A stretch of DNA of 51,956 bases from assembly GCF_001194135.2 (NCBI RefSeq), contig NC_068999.1, forward strand, positions 39,927,466 through 39,979,421, read 5' to 3'. Shown in pieces: positions 50,449-51,956 of this stretch. The translations under genes and the position numbers were made by a program. The DNA is from Octopus bimaculoides (lineage: Eukaryota). How positions within the stretch are numbered: the first letter of the stretch is position 1; each line of letters starts with the position of its first letter. The notes under the pieces are model-generated. The model did no database searches, was not told the origin of the DNA, and saw only the letters and a list, made by a program, of their open reading frames with translations.

Positions 50449-51956
50449 TATAATATGAACATCCGTTAATTATTACATACTATTTCGCAGTTACAGATGT
50501 TTTAAATATAGGAAATATATAGGATCAAATATGCTTCTGAAATGATAATTTCTTTCTTTCTTTAACAATTTGTGCGTGTGTGTGTATGTATCTGGTTATG
50601 CATAATGCAAAAATATCTTTTTTTTTTATAAAATAGAGTGTGGTTTATTTTAAAGGATATTTCGGTGTAATTCCAAGCAGGATAAGTGATTGCTCATTTG
50701 CTCGTTTGCAAAGATTAGGTTAATTGATTCAGGCGGATAAAAAGCAATGATTCATTTTCTTTATCCAGAATTTAAATCTCTACGGCTCAATTCATACTGT
50801 TTGTAAATTGAAAGTGATAGCGACGAAGTAAAATTCTTAATTGTATTTCAAAGTGTATCAAAAAATGGTCAACTATCAAGTCGTGAATATAATATCGATT
50901 GTTAATCATCAAATACGAATGATTCGATAATTAGACAAGATTCAAACACACCGTAGCTTGTTTCTACAGAAAGATTAAATGAAAGATGACTGGAAAAAAA
51001 AAAGTCAAAAGGAACATTAACATGTATTGACGAATATGTCAATGTTTCCTCTTTCTGTCAACTGAAAAAAATATATACTTTTATCATTCCTACATCAAAT
51101 GTATGCTTAAATAAATGTATGTACCTGTCTCTGTGTGTATGAGACTAAGATCGTAATGGCGTGAACAGCAAATTTACAAAGAAATACTACACACCACTTG
51201 CGCTTATTACTAAATCTATGTAATCCCAAAATTAACCTCCAAGTATGACAAGGTCAGCCTAGCAACTTACTACCTCAATTAATACACCTTCCTTATAAAA
51301 ATATTCTTTCTCATTGACACCTTTGCAAATTCCTCTACCCCACTACATCCCACCTCCCCACACTCACAATAGGTCTCCTCTCATTTCTTCTCCTGAACTA
51401 AAAGCACTTTATACTACTCCATTCATTTGGATATTAGCCTGTCAACCTCTATACTATTCCTATACACTTCCTTCTAATCAAAGACTAGACAGTCAATCGA
51501 GAATTAATTTGTACTGCAAAAGGTCACAGGCCTGGAACTAAAAATGTAACTCATGTTTAGAAGAATTGTACCAGATGTTTGCATTTATGGGTGATGTAAT
51601 CAATTTTAGAGAGGAACAAACTTAGAGACGCTTGCACATGAGGAAATTCACATTTACCCAGTATAAATGAATAAGAAACATTTAAACAGCAGAATGTTTA
51701 GAAATAATGGAGTATAAGTGATTATCCAATCAAAACTTGAACTGACAGTTTTCGCGCCTAATTTAACGAACAACTCTACATCATATAACACAGAGTAGAA
51801 AAAACTTTAAATAGTTAAATCGAAAGATATTTACTAAAGACCCTGAAGAGACTCAACGGCATTATGAGCGTGGGCATTGCAATTGCAACGGTTAATATCG
51901 GTGCCTTTGAAACATGTGAAACTTTATGTTAAGCTGTATATATATATATATATATA

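Noticed and set aside
51265-51330. let-7/miR-98-like sequence on the minus strand as a miRNA gene
   Set aside because: It diverges after nt 15 and no complementary arm forms a precursor hairpin.
51840-51865. Second hammerhead-like motif (cctgaagagactcaacgg)
   Set aside because: It lacks the GAAA core segment and a stem I; CTGATGA at ~2252 likewise has no GAAA partner.

Overview
This is AT-rich, microsatellite-saturated eukaryotic DNA from a draft assembly with 13 N-gaps, most abutting (TA)n tracts. The SINE sequences match my recollection of octopus repeat families, so I infer an Octopus-type cephalopod genome; this was not checked by search. No complete protein-coding gene, rRNA, intact tRNA or CRISPR array can be supported, and most ORFs in the track are microsatellite or N-gap artefacts. 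Supportable content is mobile-element debris: about 10 tRNA-derived SINE copies or fragments, a ~455 bp deleted Tc1/mariner element with TIRs and the transposase C-terminus, a Penelope-like GIY-YIG remnant, a Penelope-type repeat carrying a minimal hammerhead-ribozyme fold, and a decayed CCHC zinc-knuckle ORF1/gag remnant. The most interesting structure is at 18.9-20.8 kb, where the hammerhead motif, a 103-nt hairpin and a ~1.2 kb foldback with ~500 bp inverted arms lie close together. There are also weak hints of a plus-strand promoter and first exon near 33.85 kb and of scattered splice-competent exons. I found no convincing new multi-gene system; the findings are leads to test.
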